This document shows, one piece after another, positions 1 through 10,456 of a DNA stretch of 64,000 bases. This stretch comes from Fibrobacterales bacterium (GTDB lineage: Bacteria; Fibrobacterota; Fibrobacteria; Fibrobacterales; JAOPTW01). Made by a program: the position numbers and the translations under genes. The notes below the pieces were generated by a model. That model searched no databases. It was not told where the DNA came from and was given only the letters and a program-made list of their open reading frames with translations. Location of the stretch: the NCBI GenBank assembly GCA_051532055.1, contig JAOPTX010000034.1, forward strand, positions 27,366 through 91,365. The letters are read 5' to 3'. Within the stretch, counting starts at the first letter, position 1. Each line of letters starts with the position of its first letter.

Positions 1-541
1 AAAGTATACTATTGTCCCAGTTAATTCAAAGGTTACCTTATCCCTCAAACTCTCTACAAAAGAGAATCATACCAATTTTCTAAACACCGTAATATCCGGT
101 AAAAATTTAGACAAACAGAGAATTACAAATATCGCTCTACAGAGTGCCAAATTTTCGCGATTCTTTATTGACACGAAAATATCAAGTACAAAGGCCTCAG
201 AACTTTACGCAATATGGATACGCAACTCATTTAACCCATCGCCAAGCCATGACATTTTAGTCACCGAAGAAAATGGAATTATCACCGGTATTTGTTCATT
301 ATCTATGTCTCACATTAATGCGACTATTGAGTTATTTGCTATTGATGAATTAAGCCGTGGAAAAGGTTATGGTAAAAAACTATTAAATGGTGCACTTGCT
401 TGGCTAAATTCCAAAGGAATTCTACATTGCACTGTTGTTACACAAGGTCAAAACAGCGCTGCTTTACACCTTTATGAATCATGCGGGTTCAGAATGGACA
501 AAGAAGAGTTTTACTATCATATATGGTTAAATAATGATTAA
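1..541 (+). CDS. wecD: WecD-like dTDP-fucosamine (4-amino-4,6-dideoxygalactose) N-acetyltransferase, GNAT fold; 5' end lies outside the window
   Basis: Frame 2 is open from nt 2 (KYTIVPVNS...), so the track ORF 305..541 is only its tail. It has a GNAT core (ELFAIDELSRGKGYGKKLL, HLYESCGF). The segment FSRFFID..LYAIWIRNS parallels E. coli WecD. Its stop overlaps the wecE start by 8 nt. Confidence 0.6.
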   Translation, partial: KYTIVPVNSKVTLSLKLSTKENHTNFLNTVISGKNLDKQRITNIALQSAKFSRFFIDTKISSTKASELYAIWIRNSFNPSPSHDILVTEENGIITGICSLSMSHINATIELFAIDELSRGKGYGKKLLNGALAWLNSKGILHCTVVTQGQNSAALHLYESCGFRMDKEEFYYHIWLNND

Positions 542-1676
542 ATCAATTCCTTTTAATAAACCGTACCTTACCGGCAAAGAGACCACCTATATTCAACAGG
601 CAGTGGAGTCTGGTAAAATATCTGGTAATGGCATGTTTACTCAGAAGTGTCAAGACCATTTCTGTAAAACCTATGGATTTCATAAATCACTTTTAACGAC
701 ATCATGTACCGATGCTTTAGAAATGTGCGCACTCCTTCTTAATATCAAACCAGGTGATGAAGTGATAATGCCTTCATACACGTTTGTTTCTACTGCACTC
801 GCTTTTGTAAGGCAAGGGGCGACCATTCGCTTTATCGATAGTTGTTCTGACCAACCTGGATTAGATCCACTTCAAATAGAACCATTAATAAATAAAAATA
901 CAAAAGCAATTGTTGTCGTTCATTACGCGGGTGTTGCATGCGATATGGATAAGATAATGAATATCGCTAATGATCACAACCTCTTTGTAGTAGAAGACGC
1001 CGCTCAAGCAATTGACTCATATTATAATGGCAAAGCACTTGGTAGCATTGGACACCTTGGTTGTTTCTCATTCCATGAGACTAAAAACATTATCTCTGGT
1101 GAAGGAGGCATGCTCACTATCAATGACCCTCAATTTGCAGAACGCTCTGAAATCCTTTGGGAAAAAGGAACCAACAGGTCTGCATTTTTTAGGGGAGAGG
1201 TTAATAAGTATGGCTGGGTAGATACCGGCTCATCATTCTTACCTTCAGAAGTAATTGCTGCTTTTTTATGGGCCCAACTTGAATGTTTAAATGACATTCA
1301 AAATAAGCGTAAGGAGATTTGGAACTGTTATGAAACTCATTTAGAGCCAAGCTTTTCAAAGGGTCATTTATCTAAAGGCATATTACCGAACTATGCTACA
1401 AATAATGCTCACATGTATTATGTCCTCTGCAAAAGCGAAAAAGATCGTCAAGACTTAATATCATACCTAAAAGACCGAGAGATTCTTTCAGTCTTTCACT
1501 ATCTGAGCTTACATTCAAGTGAATATTATACCGACAAACATGATGGGCGCTCCTTGCCTCTTTCTGATCACTATTCAGATTGTTTACTCAGGCTCCCTTT
1601 ATACTATGAGTTATCTACTACCCAGTGTACCGAAATAGCCAATCACATTAACACTTTTTTTACTACTATCAAATGA
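534..1676 (+). CDS. wecE: dTDP-4-amino-4,6-dideoxygalactose transaminase (DegT/DnrJ/EryC1 family, WecE/RffA-like)
   Basis: 380 aa, colinear with E. coli WecE. Shared motifs: IPFNKP, PGDEVIMPSYTFVSTA, VVHYAGVACDMD, NLFVVEDAAQA, GCFSFHETKN (PLP lysine), WEKGTNRS, LRLPLYYEL. Confidence 0.9.
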   Translation: MIKSIPFNKPYLTGKETTYIQQAVESGKISGNGMFTQKCQDHFCKTYGFHKSLLTTSCTDALEMCALLLNIKPGDEVIMPSYTFVSTALAFVRQGATIRFIDSCSDQPGLDPLQIEPLINKNTKAIVVVHYAGVACDMDKIMNIANDHNLFVVEDAAQAIDSYYNGKALGSIGHLGCFSFHETKNIISGEGGMLTINDPQFAERSEILWEKGTNRSAFFRGEVNKYGWVDTGSSFLPSEVIAAFLWAQLECLNDIQNKRKEIWNCYETHLEPSFSKGHLSKGILPNYATNNAHMYYVLCKSEKDRQDLISYLKDREILSVFHYLSLHSSEYYTDKHDGRSLPLSDHYSDCLLRLPLYYELSTTQCTEIANHINTFFTTIK

Positions 1677-2839
1677 AAATAGCACATCTCACTGCAAACG
1701 AAAAGTTTACTGATCTTGCTGCACGACAATTTGAAGAGGCATCTCCTCACTCAAATTACTTTTACATCTTCTGTGATAATGAAATAGATAATCGTGCTCA
1801 TTTTGCTCAAGAACACTGTAATGCTATTGCGATTTCTTCTCACATTTCACTCGAAAAACTCAGTCGTGAGCTAGCTGATTTCGATCTCATTGTCTTTCAT
1901 TCGCTCTATTATAAATGTGCACGACTCGCTCTATGTCTTCCCAAAAAACAAAAACTATTATGGATATTTTGGGGAAGTGAAATATATAATGACATTACAC
2001 AAGCAGATAAAGACTCTTGTGGCCCTATAACCTCACGAACATGGCGTTACACTCCGCTTCAAGTTTTCTCTCGGAAAGCTAAGAGATTATCTGACACACT
2101 TTTAAAACCAATTACCAGAAAAAAACAGCAAAAACTCTCTCTTGGAGAGCTCAAAGAAATTGTTCAGAGAATGAATTACATCGGCAGTTTTATCGATGAA
2201 GATATTGAGCGCATTAAGCAATATATCACGATTACAGCCAAGCCATTCCGTTTTAGCTATTCAGATATCGAACAGATTACTACGGGGAGTAATGACCGAA
2301 CAGCCTTGGGGACAAATATCTTTCTCGGAAATTCAGCTACCTACAGTAACAATCACCTCGAAACATTTTCAATTCTCTCCACACTAAATCTCAATGGCAA
2401 AAAAATAATTTGCCCCCTTAGCTATGGTGATGCTCAGTATAAAAAAATCATTTTACATAAGGGAGCAGAATTATTAGGGCAATCGTTTTCACCTCTTACC
2501 TCATTTATGACTTTAGAGGAATACAATGAGATCCTTCTTGGTTGTCCAATAGCTATTATGGGTCATTATCGTCAACAAGCGGTTACCAACATGGTATCTC
2601 TTCTCTGGTTTGGATGTAAATTATACCTCAGCAACAAAAACCCGTGCTTTGACTATTTTAAAAGAATTGGTCTCGTTCTCTGCTCTATTGAGTATGACCT
2701 GACGCCCGCTAATACTCTATGGGACACCCCACTCTCTGAGGGAGAAATTACTACAAATAGAAATATATTGATAAGGGAACTCAGTCACTCAAATAATGTA
2801 AGCCAACTTAAACAAGAACTTGAGACTATCCAACTGTGA
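1673..2839 (+). CDS. wecF: GT56-like TDP-Fuc4NAc:lipid-linked acceptor 4-alpha-L-fucosaminyltransferase (WecF-like)
   Basis: 388 aa with an ATGA start/stop overlap with wecE. WIFWGSEIY matches E. coli WecF WHIWGADLY, and IFLGNSATYSNNHLE matches ILVGNSGDRSNEHI. CPLSYGD is also present. Confidence 0.65.
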   Translation: MKIAHLTANEKFTDLAARQFEEASPHSNYFYIFCDNEIDNRAHFAQEHCNAIAISSHISLEKLSRELADFDLIVFHSLYYKCARLALCLPKKQKLLWIFWGSEIYNDITQADKDSCGPITSRTWRYTPLQVFSRKAKRLSDTLLKPITRKKQQKLSLGELKEIVQRMNYIGSFIDEDIERIKQYITITAKPFRFSYSDIEQITTGSNDRTALGTNIFLGNSATYSNNHLETFSILSTLNLNGKKIICPLSYGDAQYKKIILHKGAELLGQSFSPLTSFMTLEEYNEILLGCPIAIMGHYRQQAVTNMVSLLWFGCKLYLSNKNPCFDYFKRIGLVLCSIEYDLTPANTLWDTPLSEGEITTNRNILIRELSHSNNVSQLKQELETIQL

Positions 2840-4275
2840 ATGAAGATAAAAAATATATCGTAAAAGGCTCCCTCATCAATTCTCTTGGAGTTCTTACGAA
2901 TGCTATTTCTCCTCTACTTGTGTTACTCCTTGCACGTTTTTTTCCCCAAGAAGAGTTTGGTCTCTTTATCTCTTTACAACTATTTGTACTCACAGCCTCT
3001 CGCTTTTTTGTATTAGGGCTCGACAAGGGCCTGATGTGGTTTATTCCACAAAATCAACGGCACTCTAGGCCTGAAGGAACAGGAATATTCCCTGCATTAA
3101 ACATCTCACTCATTAGTGCATGTATTGGCTTTGGCATCGGTGCTCTAGCTATTAAACTGGGTGTTCTTACTAGTCTTCCCGAACTATCACGCCTTCCTCA
3201 ATCCGTCATACTTCTCTGTATCTTTAATGTAATTCCTTACATGCTTCTCAATATCGGGGCAACATCTTTCGAAGGTATTCGTAAACCACAATACAAGATT
3301 CTCATTAATAGATTTGTCGTAAACTCTTTATTTCCAGTCTTTGCAATCATATGCTATTATGCTAGTTGTGGCATATATAGTTTAGCTATTGGATTCACTA
3401 TAGCAAACTGCCTCGGCGCCTTCTGGTACTGTATTATTCTTCAAAAACGGTTTCAATCATGGAGCTTCAGTCTTGCAATACCTAAAGAGCTTTTACAATA
3501 TTCATTACCTCTCACCCTTTCAGATTTCATTTCAAGCATATTGTTACGTGTTGATATCTGGATGGTACTTGCATTGCTTGGGCCAGAAAAATCAGCCATC
3601 TATTCTATAATGGTAGTATTGTCAAACGGTGTAAAAACAATACGTCAAAACTTTGACTCTCTCGTAGTAACCGTTGTAAGTAAAATGAATAGAAAAGATA
3701 TCAGCATCGAACTTAAACCTGTATTTTCTTACACCATTAACATCGTTACTCTCATCCAATTATTTATTGCCCTCGCCATCCTCTTTCTTCCCAAAGAGAT
3801 CCTTATGGTTGCAGGTAAAAACTACTCACACTCACCACAAGCACTCTCAATTCTACTCATTGGCAATTTGATAAATGGAGTGCTTGGAGCAAATGGACTC
3901 GTGCTACTCGGTATTGGTAAAAGTAAACTTGCACTCTATATAAATGCAATTAGTCTAACAGTAAACATTGTCGGCAATCTAATCCTCATTCCATCCTACG
4001 GTATATTTGGCGCTGCCACAGCTTCTGTCATTGCTATTCTCGTTCAAAATTCTCTCTGTTTTATTTCACTTTTTATTATTACCAAAAAACACTATTATGA
4101 AAAACATTTAATTATCAACATTGTATTGATCATGCTATTCTCATACACAGTATTTACACAGTTTACGGCCATTCAGCTACTCGATTTTGGAGATAGAATA
4201 GCCTATTTTGGACTTGCTACCCTCATTTGTGGTAGTATCGTTTACTTAAAAAAAGCATCACTGAAGCTATCCTAG
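2836..4275 (+). CDS. wzx: Polysaccharide flippase, MOP/Wzx family
   Basis: 479 aa with about 12 or more hydrophobic helices across the whole length. The GTG start overlaps the wecF stop (GTGA). It sits directly after wecDEF. Confidence 0.7.
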   Translation: MNEDKKYIVKGSLINSLGVLTNAISPLLVLLLARFFPQEEFGLFISLQLFVLTASRFFVLGLDKGLMWFIPQNQRHSRPEGTGIFPALNISLISACIGFGIGALAIKLGVLTSLPELSRLPQSVILLCIFNVIPYMLLNIGATSFEGIRKPQYKILINRFVVNSLFPVFAIICYYASCGIYSLAIGFTIANCLGAFWYCIILQKRFQSWSFSLAIPKELLQYSLPLTLSDFISSILLRVDIWMVLALLGPEKSAIYSIMVVLSNGVKTIRQNFDSLVVTVVSKMNRKDISIELKPVFSYTINIVTLIQLFIALAILFLPKEILMVAGKNYSHSPQALSILLIGNLINGVLGANGLVLLGIGKSKLALYINAISLTVNIVGNLILIPSYGIFGAATASVIAILVQNSLCFISLFIITKKHYYEKHLIINIVLIMLFSYTVFTQFTAIQLLDFGDRIAYFGLATLICGSIVYLKKASLKLS

Positions 4276-4380
4276 TAAGGATCTATACCGGCCTTATGTT
4301 TACTCTTCGCGAGAGCAATAAATACTTAAGCTGATCATATTTTACTATTTTTGCTCCAATGCATTTCTCAATAGCAATTC

Positions 4381-5499
4381 ATGAAAATACTCTTTATTAC
4401 TCAAGATTATGCGCCCAAAATAGGTGGCATTGAGACCTATTGTACTGAACTTACCAAAAACATTCATGAACTTGGAATCTCGATTGACGTTATTTGCCCC
4501 AGTCACAAAGATCAAAAAGAACTGGAACTCCCTTTTAACGTAACTCGAATACCCATACATTCATCATATCTTTTTCTCCCCCTCCTCTTTCTAATTCCTT
4601 TTGTACTCCGTAAAAAAGAGTATACCCACATTATTTATGGCCAATGGCAAAATGGGCTCTGGCACCTTTTTTATCCCTTTCTTGCGAAAAAATATTTTAA
4701 AGCTACCCTTGTTCATGGGCGGGAATTACTCACCTCAATCTTAAATCCTTTTACAACAGTACTCTACAATAAAGTATTTCGCACAATGGATCACGCACTC
4801 CCCAATAGTCAAGCCGTCCAAGAGCTCCTCAATGAAAAGCTCCACAACACAGGTCCCAATACTATTGCACATCCTGGGGCAAATACCGAAACATTTTTCC
4901 CTGTTGAAAGTATTGACCTACGAAAAAAGTATGGCCTAGAGCATAAAATTATAATCGGACACATTACTCGACTGGTAAAACGAAAAAACAGCGCCCTTCT
5001 TGTCTCTATCCTCCCTATACTTTTAGAAAAACAACCAAATCTCCATCTCATTATAGGTGGAACAGGGCCAGAGCTCGATACCATTAAAGCAAAAGTAGCA
5101 GAACTACAATTAGAAGAACATGTCACCTTTCTTGGCTTTATACCAGATGATGCAATAAATAAGCACTTTAATCTTGCAGATCTGTTTGTCCTCCCCAGCA
5201 CAATCTCAGAAAATGATATTGAAGGATTTGGTATTGTCTATATCGAAGCAAACTGTGCTGGAGTACCCGTTATCGGCTTCAAATGTGGTGGTGTAGTCGA
5301 TGCAATTGCGCATAATGAAACGGGGATTTTATGTGACCCAAATCAACCAGATTCGCTCACTACAGCAATACTTCAATTAACATCGAACCCAGAACTCAGA
5401 ATAGAAATGGGACAAAAAGGAAGAGCACGTGCACTCTCTCACTTTACGTGGCGTGCCAATGCAGAAAAAATTATTGGGATATTACTTAAGAACCCCTAA
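4381..5499 (+). CDS. GT4-family glycosyltransferase
   Basis: 372 aa. Carries the retaining GT-B E-x7-E signature EGFGIVYIEANCAGVPVIG. Also has GGTGPE and a C-terminal RfaB-like layout. Confidence 0.8.
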   Translation: MKILFITQDYAPKIGGIETYCTELTKNIHELGISIDVICPSHKDQKELELPFNVTRIPIHSSYLFLPLLFLIPFVLRKKEYTHIIYGQWQNGLWHLFYPFLAKKYFKATLVHGRELLTSILNPFTTVLYNKVFRTMDHALPNSQAVQELLNEKLHNTGPNTIAHPGANTETFFPVESIDLRKKYGLEHKIIIGHITRLVKRKNSALLVSILPILLEKQPNLHLIIGGTGPELDTIKAKVAELQLEEHVTFLGFIPDDAINKHFNLADLFVLPSTISENDIEGFGIVYIEANCAGVPVIGFKCGGVVDAIAHNETGILCDPNQPDSLTTAILQLTSNPELRIEMGQKGRARALSHFTWRANAEKIIGILLKNP

Positions 5500-5506
5500 A
5501 GAATAG

Positions 5507-6067
5507 CTAAGGGAGTGTTGCCTCTGATGCTTCACATATAATATGCCCAATCAATATATGGCATTCTTGAATACGAGCAGTTACTGTAGAAGGCACTACA
5601 ACATTAGTATCACAGAGTGAGACCATCTCCCCACCGTCACGGCCAGTCATTGATGCACAATGAGCACCTTTCTCTTTCGCCGCAACCAATGCAAGATTCA
5701 CTCCACCACTATTTCCGCTTGTCGAGATCCCAATAACAAGATCGCCGGGTCTCACCAACGCTTTTACCTGTCTTACAAAAACTTGGTCATAACCATAATC
5801 ATTAGATATCGCCGTCAAGGCAGAAGTATCTGTCGTCAAGGCAATTGCGGCCATAGGTTCCCGCTCTTTCACAAACCTCCCCGTAAATTCTGCTGCAATA
5901 TGCTGAGCATCACTTGCCGAGCCACCATTACCAAAAAGAAAAATAGTCCCACCATTTCGAATGGTTTCTACTGTTTGATCAGCAAGCTTTTGAATATCAC
6001 TTTTAATAGTGTGAAGTGAATTTACTGCCTCAATATGCTCTTTTATGGAATTTTCAACAATATTCAT
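5507..6067 (-). CDS. gmhA: D-sedoheptulose-7-phosphate isomerase (SIS domain)
   Basis: 186 aa. FLFGNGGSASDAQHIAAEFTGRF, VIGISTSGNS and ARIQECHILIGHIICE are colinear with E. coli GmhA. Confidence 0.85.
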   Translation of the reverse strand: MNIVENSIKEHIEAVNSLHTIKSDIQKLADQTVETIRNGGTIFLFGNGGSASDAQHIAAEFTGRFVKEREPMAAIALTTDTSALTAISNDYGYDQVFVRQVKALVRPGDLVIGISTSGNSGGVNLALVAAKEKGAHCASMTGRDGGEMVSLCDTNVVVPSTVTARIQECHILIGHIICEASEATLP

Positions 6068-6261
6068 AGACTTTACAGGTGAGTGACTTATAAGACTAAA
6101 TGTAAAAAGTTACGTCAAAAAAACGGCACATATACTGCAAATCTTTGTCCGGTATTTTTAAAAATGCTACATTTGACATACATTATAATTCAAAACCCTT
6201 CCTGCAGTCAAAAAGCAGCACTCTCACCGAGACAACAAAACTCTGGAAAGGAGCGTAACTT

Positions 6262-7200
6262 ATGGAATACAAAGTACCCAATCGACTCATTTTTATATGG
6301 TTTGGATCATCATTCCCCCTTGCGAATCAAATTGCCATTAAATCAGCTATTCACCACTGTAAGCCAGATGAGACCCTGCTGATACAAGAAGGGCTCACCT
6401 TAGACACTGAGGGCATTAGAGAACTTGTCGAAGAACATGGCGTAACTCTCATGGATGCTGATGCATCATGGTTTACAGATCTCCCTCCCGGTGGAAACAC
6501 AGCATTACAACTCTTTAACACCCTTACGTCACCCGCATCACGCGCGAACCTTCTGAGAATGGCCTCTCTCTTTAAATTAGGTGGTATCTACCTCGACATG
6601 GATACTATTACCACAAAAAGCCTCGACTCCCTTAGAACACTCGATGGTTTTATAGGTACCGAGACAGTCGCTCTGCCTGGTTCACTTTTTCATTCCAAAA
6701 ATCCGCTCAAATGGATTGCTGCAGGTCTACGAATGGCAGCTCGAGAACTTTGTGTACGCATTCCCTATGGATACCAACTGTTTAAACTGATAGAACCACT
6801 TTACCATCAAGCGGTAAACAATGCGGTCATTGGTTCAAAACCTGGAAATCCTGTCTGGGTAACTGCCTTTGATACCATAGAACAGATGCCCCAGGACGAA
6901 CGCCTTAAACGATTTAGACTGGGCACTCATCTCATGCAAGGGCTCACAGGCAATCGCACAATACCGAATATGACGGTATTTAATTTTCGATATTTCTACC
7001 CTCTTGGACCTGAAATATCCGCCTTCTGGTTTAAGTCAGGCTATGCAAATCAACTCAACACCATGCTCCGTAAAGAAACCTATCTTATACATTGGTACAA
7101 CTCTGTTGAAAAACGTTTTCTGAAACAGACCATTGATAGAGAGTTTCTTGCCACTCACAATAACAGTCCTTTTTATACAATGGTAAAAACATACCTCTAA
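6262..7200 (+). CDS. GT32-like glycosyltransferase with a DXD motif
   Basis: 312 aa. RANLLRMASLFKLGGIYLDMDTI is the typical GT32 (Gly_transf_sug) core with DXD = DMD. An AAGGAG RBS sits 12 nt upstream. Confidence 0.6.
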   Translation: MEYKVPNRLIFIWFGSSFPLANQIAIKSAIHHCKPDETLLIQEGLTLDTEGIRELVEEHGVTLMDADASWFTDLPPGGNTALQLFNTLTSPASRANLLRMASLFKLGGIYLDMDTITTKSLDSLRTLDGFIGTETVALPGSLFHSKNPLKWIAAGLRMAARELCVRIPYGYQLFKLIEPLYHQAVNNAVIGSKPGNPVWVTAFDTIEQMPQDERLKRFRLGTHLMQGLTGNRTIPNMTVFNFRYFYPLGPEISAFWFKSGYANQLNTMLRKETYLIHWYNSVEKRFLKQTIDREFLATHNNSPFYTMVKTYL

Positions 7201-7279
7201 TAAATCTCTCACTCTATTGAAGCTGTGCCCATGGGGATTTTTGTATATTTCCTCAAACACATGACCTAGGAACTTTTTA

Positions 7280-9838
7280 ATGGCATCAAAAATTGACTTA
7301 TTTGCCCAACGCTATATCGCATTTGCTGAAAGATTTCGCTTTCTCATTATTTTTATAGCCTTAATTTTGTTTGCTGCAACGGGTTACTACACGTTTAACA
7401 ACTTAAAAATAAACAACGACCTGTCAGTGCTGCTCCCCCAAGACACCCCTTCGGTACTCGCACTCAACGAATCCAATGAGCGTTTTGGAAGCTCTGACAA
7501 ATTCATTATCGTTATTCAAAATGAAGATCCTCAATACGTTGCAACTCTTCAAAAGAAAGTGAAAGAGATTATCGACACTGAGTGGAATGACATAGCCATC
7601 AGTTCAAACTACGAACGTGACAACTCATTTTTTGTAGACCATGCACTTCTCTATCTCCCTGTCCCACATCTTGAGCGCATTCGCGATAACCTTGAGACAA
7701 TACAGGGCCGTATGGGCCGCAAAGCTGGACCGCTTATTGTTAATCTTTTTGAAGACTCTGAAGAAGATGAAGAAGAACTTGTATGGTTTGACGCATCACT
7801 CCCCGATGAACTTGGCCTACCCGACGAAGCGGCAACAGCCTTTGAAGGGTACTATAACACTGATGAAAAAAAGAGAAAACAAGAAGCGGGAGAAGAAATT
7901 GTCCCTGACTACGACCCTAAAGCAGAACTCCCAACCGAACTTAAAACTCATCTTCTTGCAAAATCAAAAGGTGAAACAGTCTTCAATGGACTGGTACTGG
8001 TAAAACTCAATCAACCACCAACAAACATTAACTTCACTACGGAAGTACTAGCGAAGGCAAGCACCCTTATTGATTCAATGACAGTGAAAAATCCAGGAAT
8101 TCGCATGTCAGTTGAAGGATCATACGAAGGCCTCAAACAAGTTAAAGAGATGAAAAGCGACGGCATAACCTCTGCCATTATATCAATTCTCCTAATCTTC
8201 GGACTAGTCATCTTCTTTTTCAGAAGCTTTCTTTCAGCCCTCCTCCTCCTTGCACAGGTCTCTTTTGCTTCGGGCATCATGCTCTTTTTTACCACTATTG
8301 TTTATGGAGAACTCAATAACTACACGCTTTTTGTCGCAGCTATCATTCTCGGCATGGGTATCGATTTCTCTATTCATGTTATGGGTAATGTACAGCGATT
8401 TCAAAATGACCACCCCACTCTAAATGCTGCACTCGCCAATACCATCTCACATTTACTCTATCCCATGTTTCTCGCTGCACTTACAACGGTAGCCGGAATG
8501 CTTACACTCCTCATTGCTGAGTTTAATGGTTTTTACGAATTTGGTGTTATTACTGCGACAGGGATTGCCCTCAGCTTTATTACAGCAATATTAGGGCTAC
8601 CGGTGCTCGTCATGACTTTTGGCGGCCTCAATAAGCGTAAACCAACATCATTCTTCCCGAGCCACTGGGGTGATTCTCAGGTGGCTGCATTTATGAAAAA
8701 AGCAGCCATCACCGTTATAATCTTGACCGCTGTTCTCGCTATCTTTATTCCTTATGCAGAGTTTGAAAATGACTTTCGAAACCTCCGACCTAAAAAGAGT
8801 ACAGAGAAAGTAGAAGAAAGCAAACCACGGTTTCGCTATGGCGACGCAATGTCTTCAAAGCGCAAATCGTCTCAACCCGCTGCGGTACTTGGTGATTCAC
8901 GAGAAGACCTCGACAGACTCTATGACACTCTCATGGTCCGGAAAAACATTTCCAAAGACCCGTACCTTAAAAGCTTTCTCACTCTTAAAACATTCGTCCC
9001 TGAAGAAGGTGAGCAAGAGGACCGAATGGAGATGGTGGAAGAAATTGCAGAACTCATCAATGCACGCGCATTCAGCAAAGTAACGGGTGAAGATTCAGCA
9101 ATGGTTGTGAAGCTTCGTGGCATGGTCGATGTCTCAGAATTTACTGCAAAGGACATTCCTGAATGGGCTATTGATGCCCTTAAAGAAAAAGATGGCTCTA
9201 TTGGATCAATTGGTTTTATCTATGGTAAATACAATAGCTGGGATGCAAACGACATGAAAGTATTTCAGGATAAATACGCCCATTGGAACTTCGGCAACAA
9301 AGACTTGCGAGTATTCTCATCCGCCTTTATTACAGCTGATGTTATTGAAGCAGTAAAAAGTGACAGTTTCAAGATGGCTATTTTCATCAGTATAGTCATC
9401 TTTCTTACACTCAGCTTATCACTCCGCAATACGACAATGGTCATTATTAGCTTTTGTTCTCTTGGCTTTGGCGCCCTATGGACTATGGGACTCATGGGAC
9501 TCACCAATAGTGCAATAGATTTGGGCAAGGTATGTATTTTTAATGTGATAGTTATCCCCACCGCCCTTGGAGTCGGTATTGATTCTACTATACATCTCCT
9601 TGTAGCATTTGTGAAACATCGTGATGATGGCATTAAAACTATAATGGATACAACGGGAAAGATGGTAATCGCCTCATCACTTACAACCATTGCGGGCTTT
9701 GTTGGAGTGCTCTTTATCAATCATAGAGGCATGCGTACCATTGGCGAGCTTGCTGTAATTGGCATCATTGCTGCACTCATTACTTCGCTCTGTATCACCC
9801 CCTATCTTTCACATAAGTTTTTAGGCAAAAAGAACTAG
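7280..9838 (+). CDS. MMPL/RND-superfamily exporter (HpnN-like architecture)
   Basis: 852 aa arranged as two 6-TM bundles, each preceded by a large soluble loop. MMPL-type helices are GMGIDFSIHVMGN and ALGVGIDSTIHLLVAF. The first loop contains a very acidic insert (EDSEEDEEEL...). Confidence 0.75.
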   Translation: MASKIDLFAQRYIAFAERFRFLIIFIALILFAATGYYTFNNLKINNDLSVLLPQDTPSVLALNESNERFGSSDKFIIVIQNEDPQYVATLQKKVKEIIDTEWNDIAISSNYERDNSFFVDHALLYLPVPHLERIRDNLETIQGRMGRKAGPLIVNLFEDSEEDEEELVWFDASLPDELGLPDEAATAFEGYYNTDEKKRKQEAGEEIVPDYDPKAELPTELKTHLLAKSKGETVFNGLVLVKLNQPPTNINFTTEVLAKASTLIDSMTVKNPGIRMSVEGSYEGLKQVKEMKSDGITSAIISILLIFGLVIFFFRSFLSALLLLAQVSFASGIMLFFTTIVYGELNNYTLFVAAIILGMGIDFSIHVMGNVQRFQNDHPTLNAALANTISHLLYPMFLAALTTVAGMLTLLIAEFNGFYEFGVITATGIALSFITAILGLPVLVMTFGGLNKRKPTSFFPSHWGDSQVAAFMKKAAITVIILTAVLAIFIPYAEFENDFRNLRPKKSTEKVEESKPRFRYGDAMSSKRKSSQPAAVLGDSREDLDRLYDTLMVRKNISKDPYLKSFLTLKTFVPEEGEQEDRMEMVEEIAELINARAFSKVTGEDSAMVVKLRGMVDVSEFTAKDIPEWAIDALKEKDGSIGSIGFIYGKYNSWDANDMKVFQDKYAHWNFGNKDLRVFSSAFITADVIEAVKSDSFKMAIFISIVIFLTLSLSLRNTTMVIISFCSLGFGALWTMGLMGLTNSAIDLGKVCIFNVIVIPTALGVGIDSTIHLLVAFVKHRDDGIKTIMDTTGKMVIASSLTTIAGFVGVLFINHRGMRTIGELAVIGIIAALITSLCITPYLSHKFLGKKN

Positions 9839-9901
9839 ATAATAATTCTGAATGACATCTATGATGGGAGTGATTCACTCTCTACATAGATTGACTCTTT
9901 G

Positions 9902-10456
9902 CTATACACTAATCAAAAGAGAAGCAAAAACCATTAACCATTGCAACACCCATGTTGTAGTGTCTGATTTTAATGCCTCAAAAAATGTTCTTTCAGGTGC
10001 CCCTTCTGAATATCCAGAAATTCCAGCAAAATACCGCGGCGTTTCACGAGCCCATTCATAATACATTTTAGAAAATTTCTCTTTGAGATATTCTTCTTCA
10101 ATAGCAATCAACACTTTGTGATGCCAGACAAAGAGCAGAAAAATAACAACAACTCCAACCCCCCATATATTAAGTAAAAGAATAAGTCCTAAGCCGAAAA
10201 GTATATTCGATACGTACAGTGGATTACGCGATAATGAATAAGGACCATTCTTTTGTAACAACGGTGCCTGTAACTGAGTTCCTCTACTATGCCCCCCAAT
10301 GTAGGTACGCGACCAATTACGAATAAATTGAGAAACCATAATTACACCAAGTGCGTAGGTATTGAGCTTATTATCAATATTCGCACCAATGTACCCTAAA
10401 GAGAGCAATAGGATAATTGGAGGAAGGCCTCGTAGTCTATAATAAAGGTTTTTCAT
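9902..10456 (-). CDS. ICMT/PEMT-family membrane methyltransferase
   Basis: 184 aa and polytopic. Signature motifs are GPYSLSRNPLYVSN and IAIEEEYLKEKFSKMYYEWARETPRYF. The start overlaps the end of the upstream ABC gene by 20 nt. Confidence 0.7.
   Translation of the reverse strand: MKNLYYRLRGLPPIILLLSLGYIGANIDNKLNTYALGVIMVSQFIRNWSRTYIGGHSRGTQLQAPLLQKNGPYSLSRNPLYVSNILFGLGLILLLNIWGVGVVVIFLLFVWHHKVLIAIEEEYLKEKFSKMYYEWARETPRYFAGISGYSEGAPERTFFEALKSDTTTWVLQWLMVFASLLISV

Noticed and set aside
305-541. Track ORF presented as an independent 78-aa gene.
   Set aside because: The same frame is open back to nt 2 and reads as continuous WecD-like sequence. It is the 3' part of a gene truncated by the window edge.
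5660-6019. Antisense or embedded ORFs of 60-170 aa inside larger genes. Examples: 5660..6019, 8011..8295, 9265..9720, 13148..13642, 17782..18297, 25829..26221, 43735..44109, 47028..47414, 55473..55805 and 60142..60462.
   Set aside because: Each lies wholly within a longer ORF on the other strand or frame that has clear family motifs. Their translations are low-complexity or Ser/Arg/Cys-skewed shadow sequences without RBS support.
6083-6382. 99-aa ORF overlapping the GT32 start region.
   Set aside because: No RBS and Lys/Cys-rich nonsense-like sequence. The GT32 ORF, starting at 6262 with an AAGGAG RBS, explains the region.
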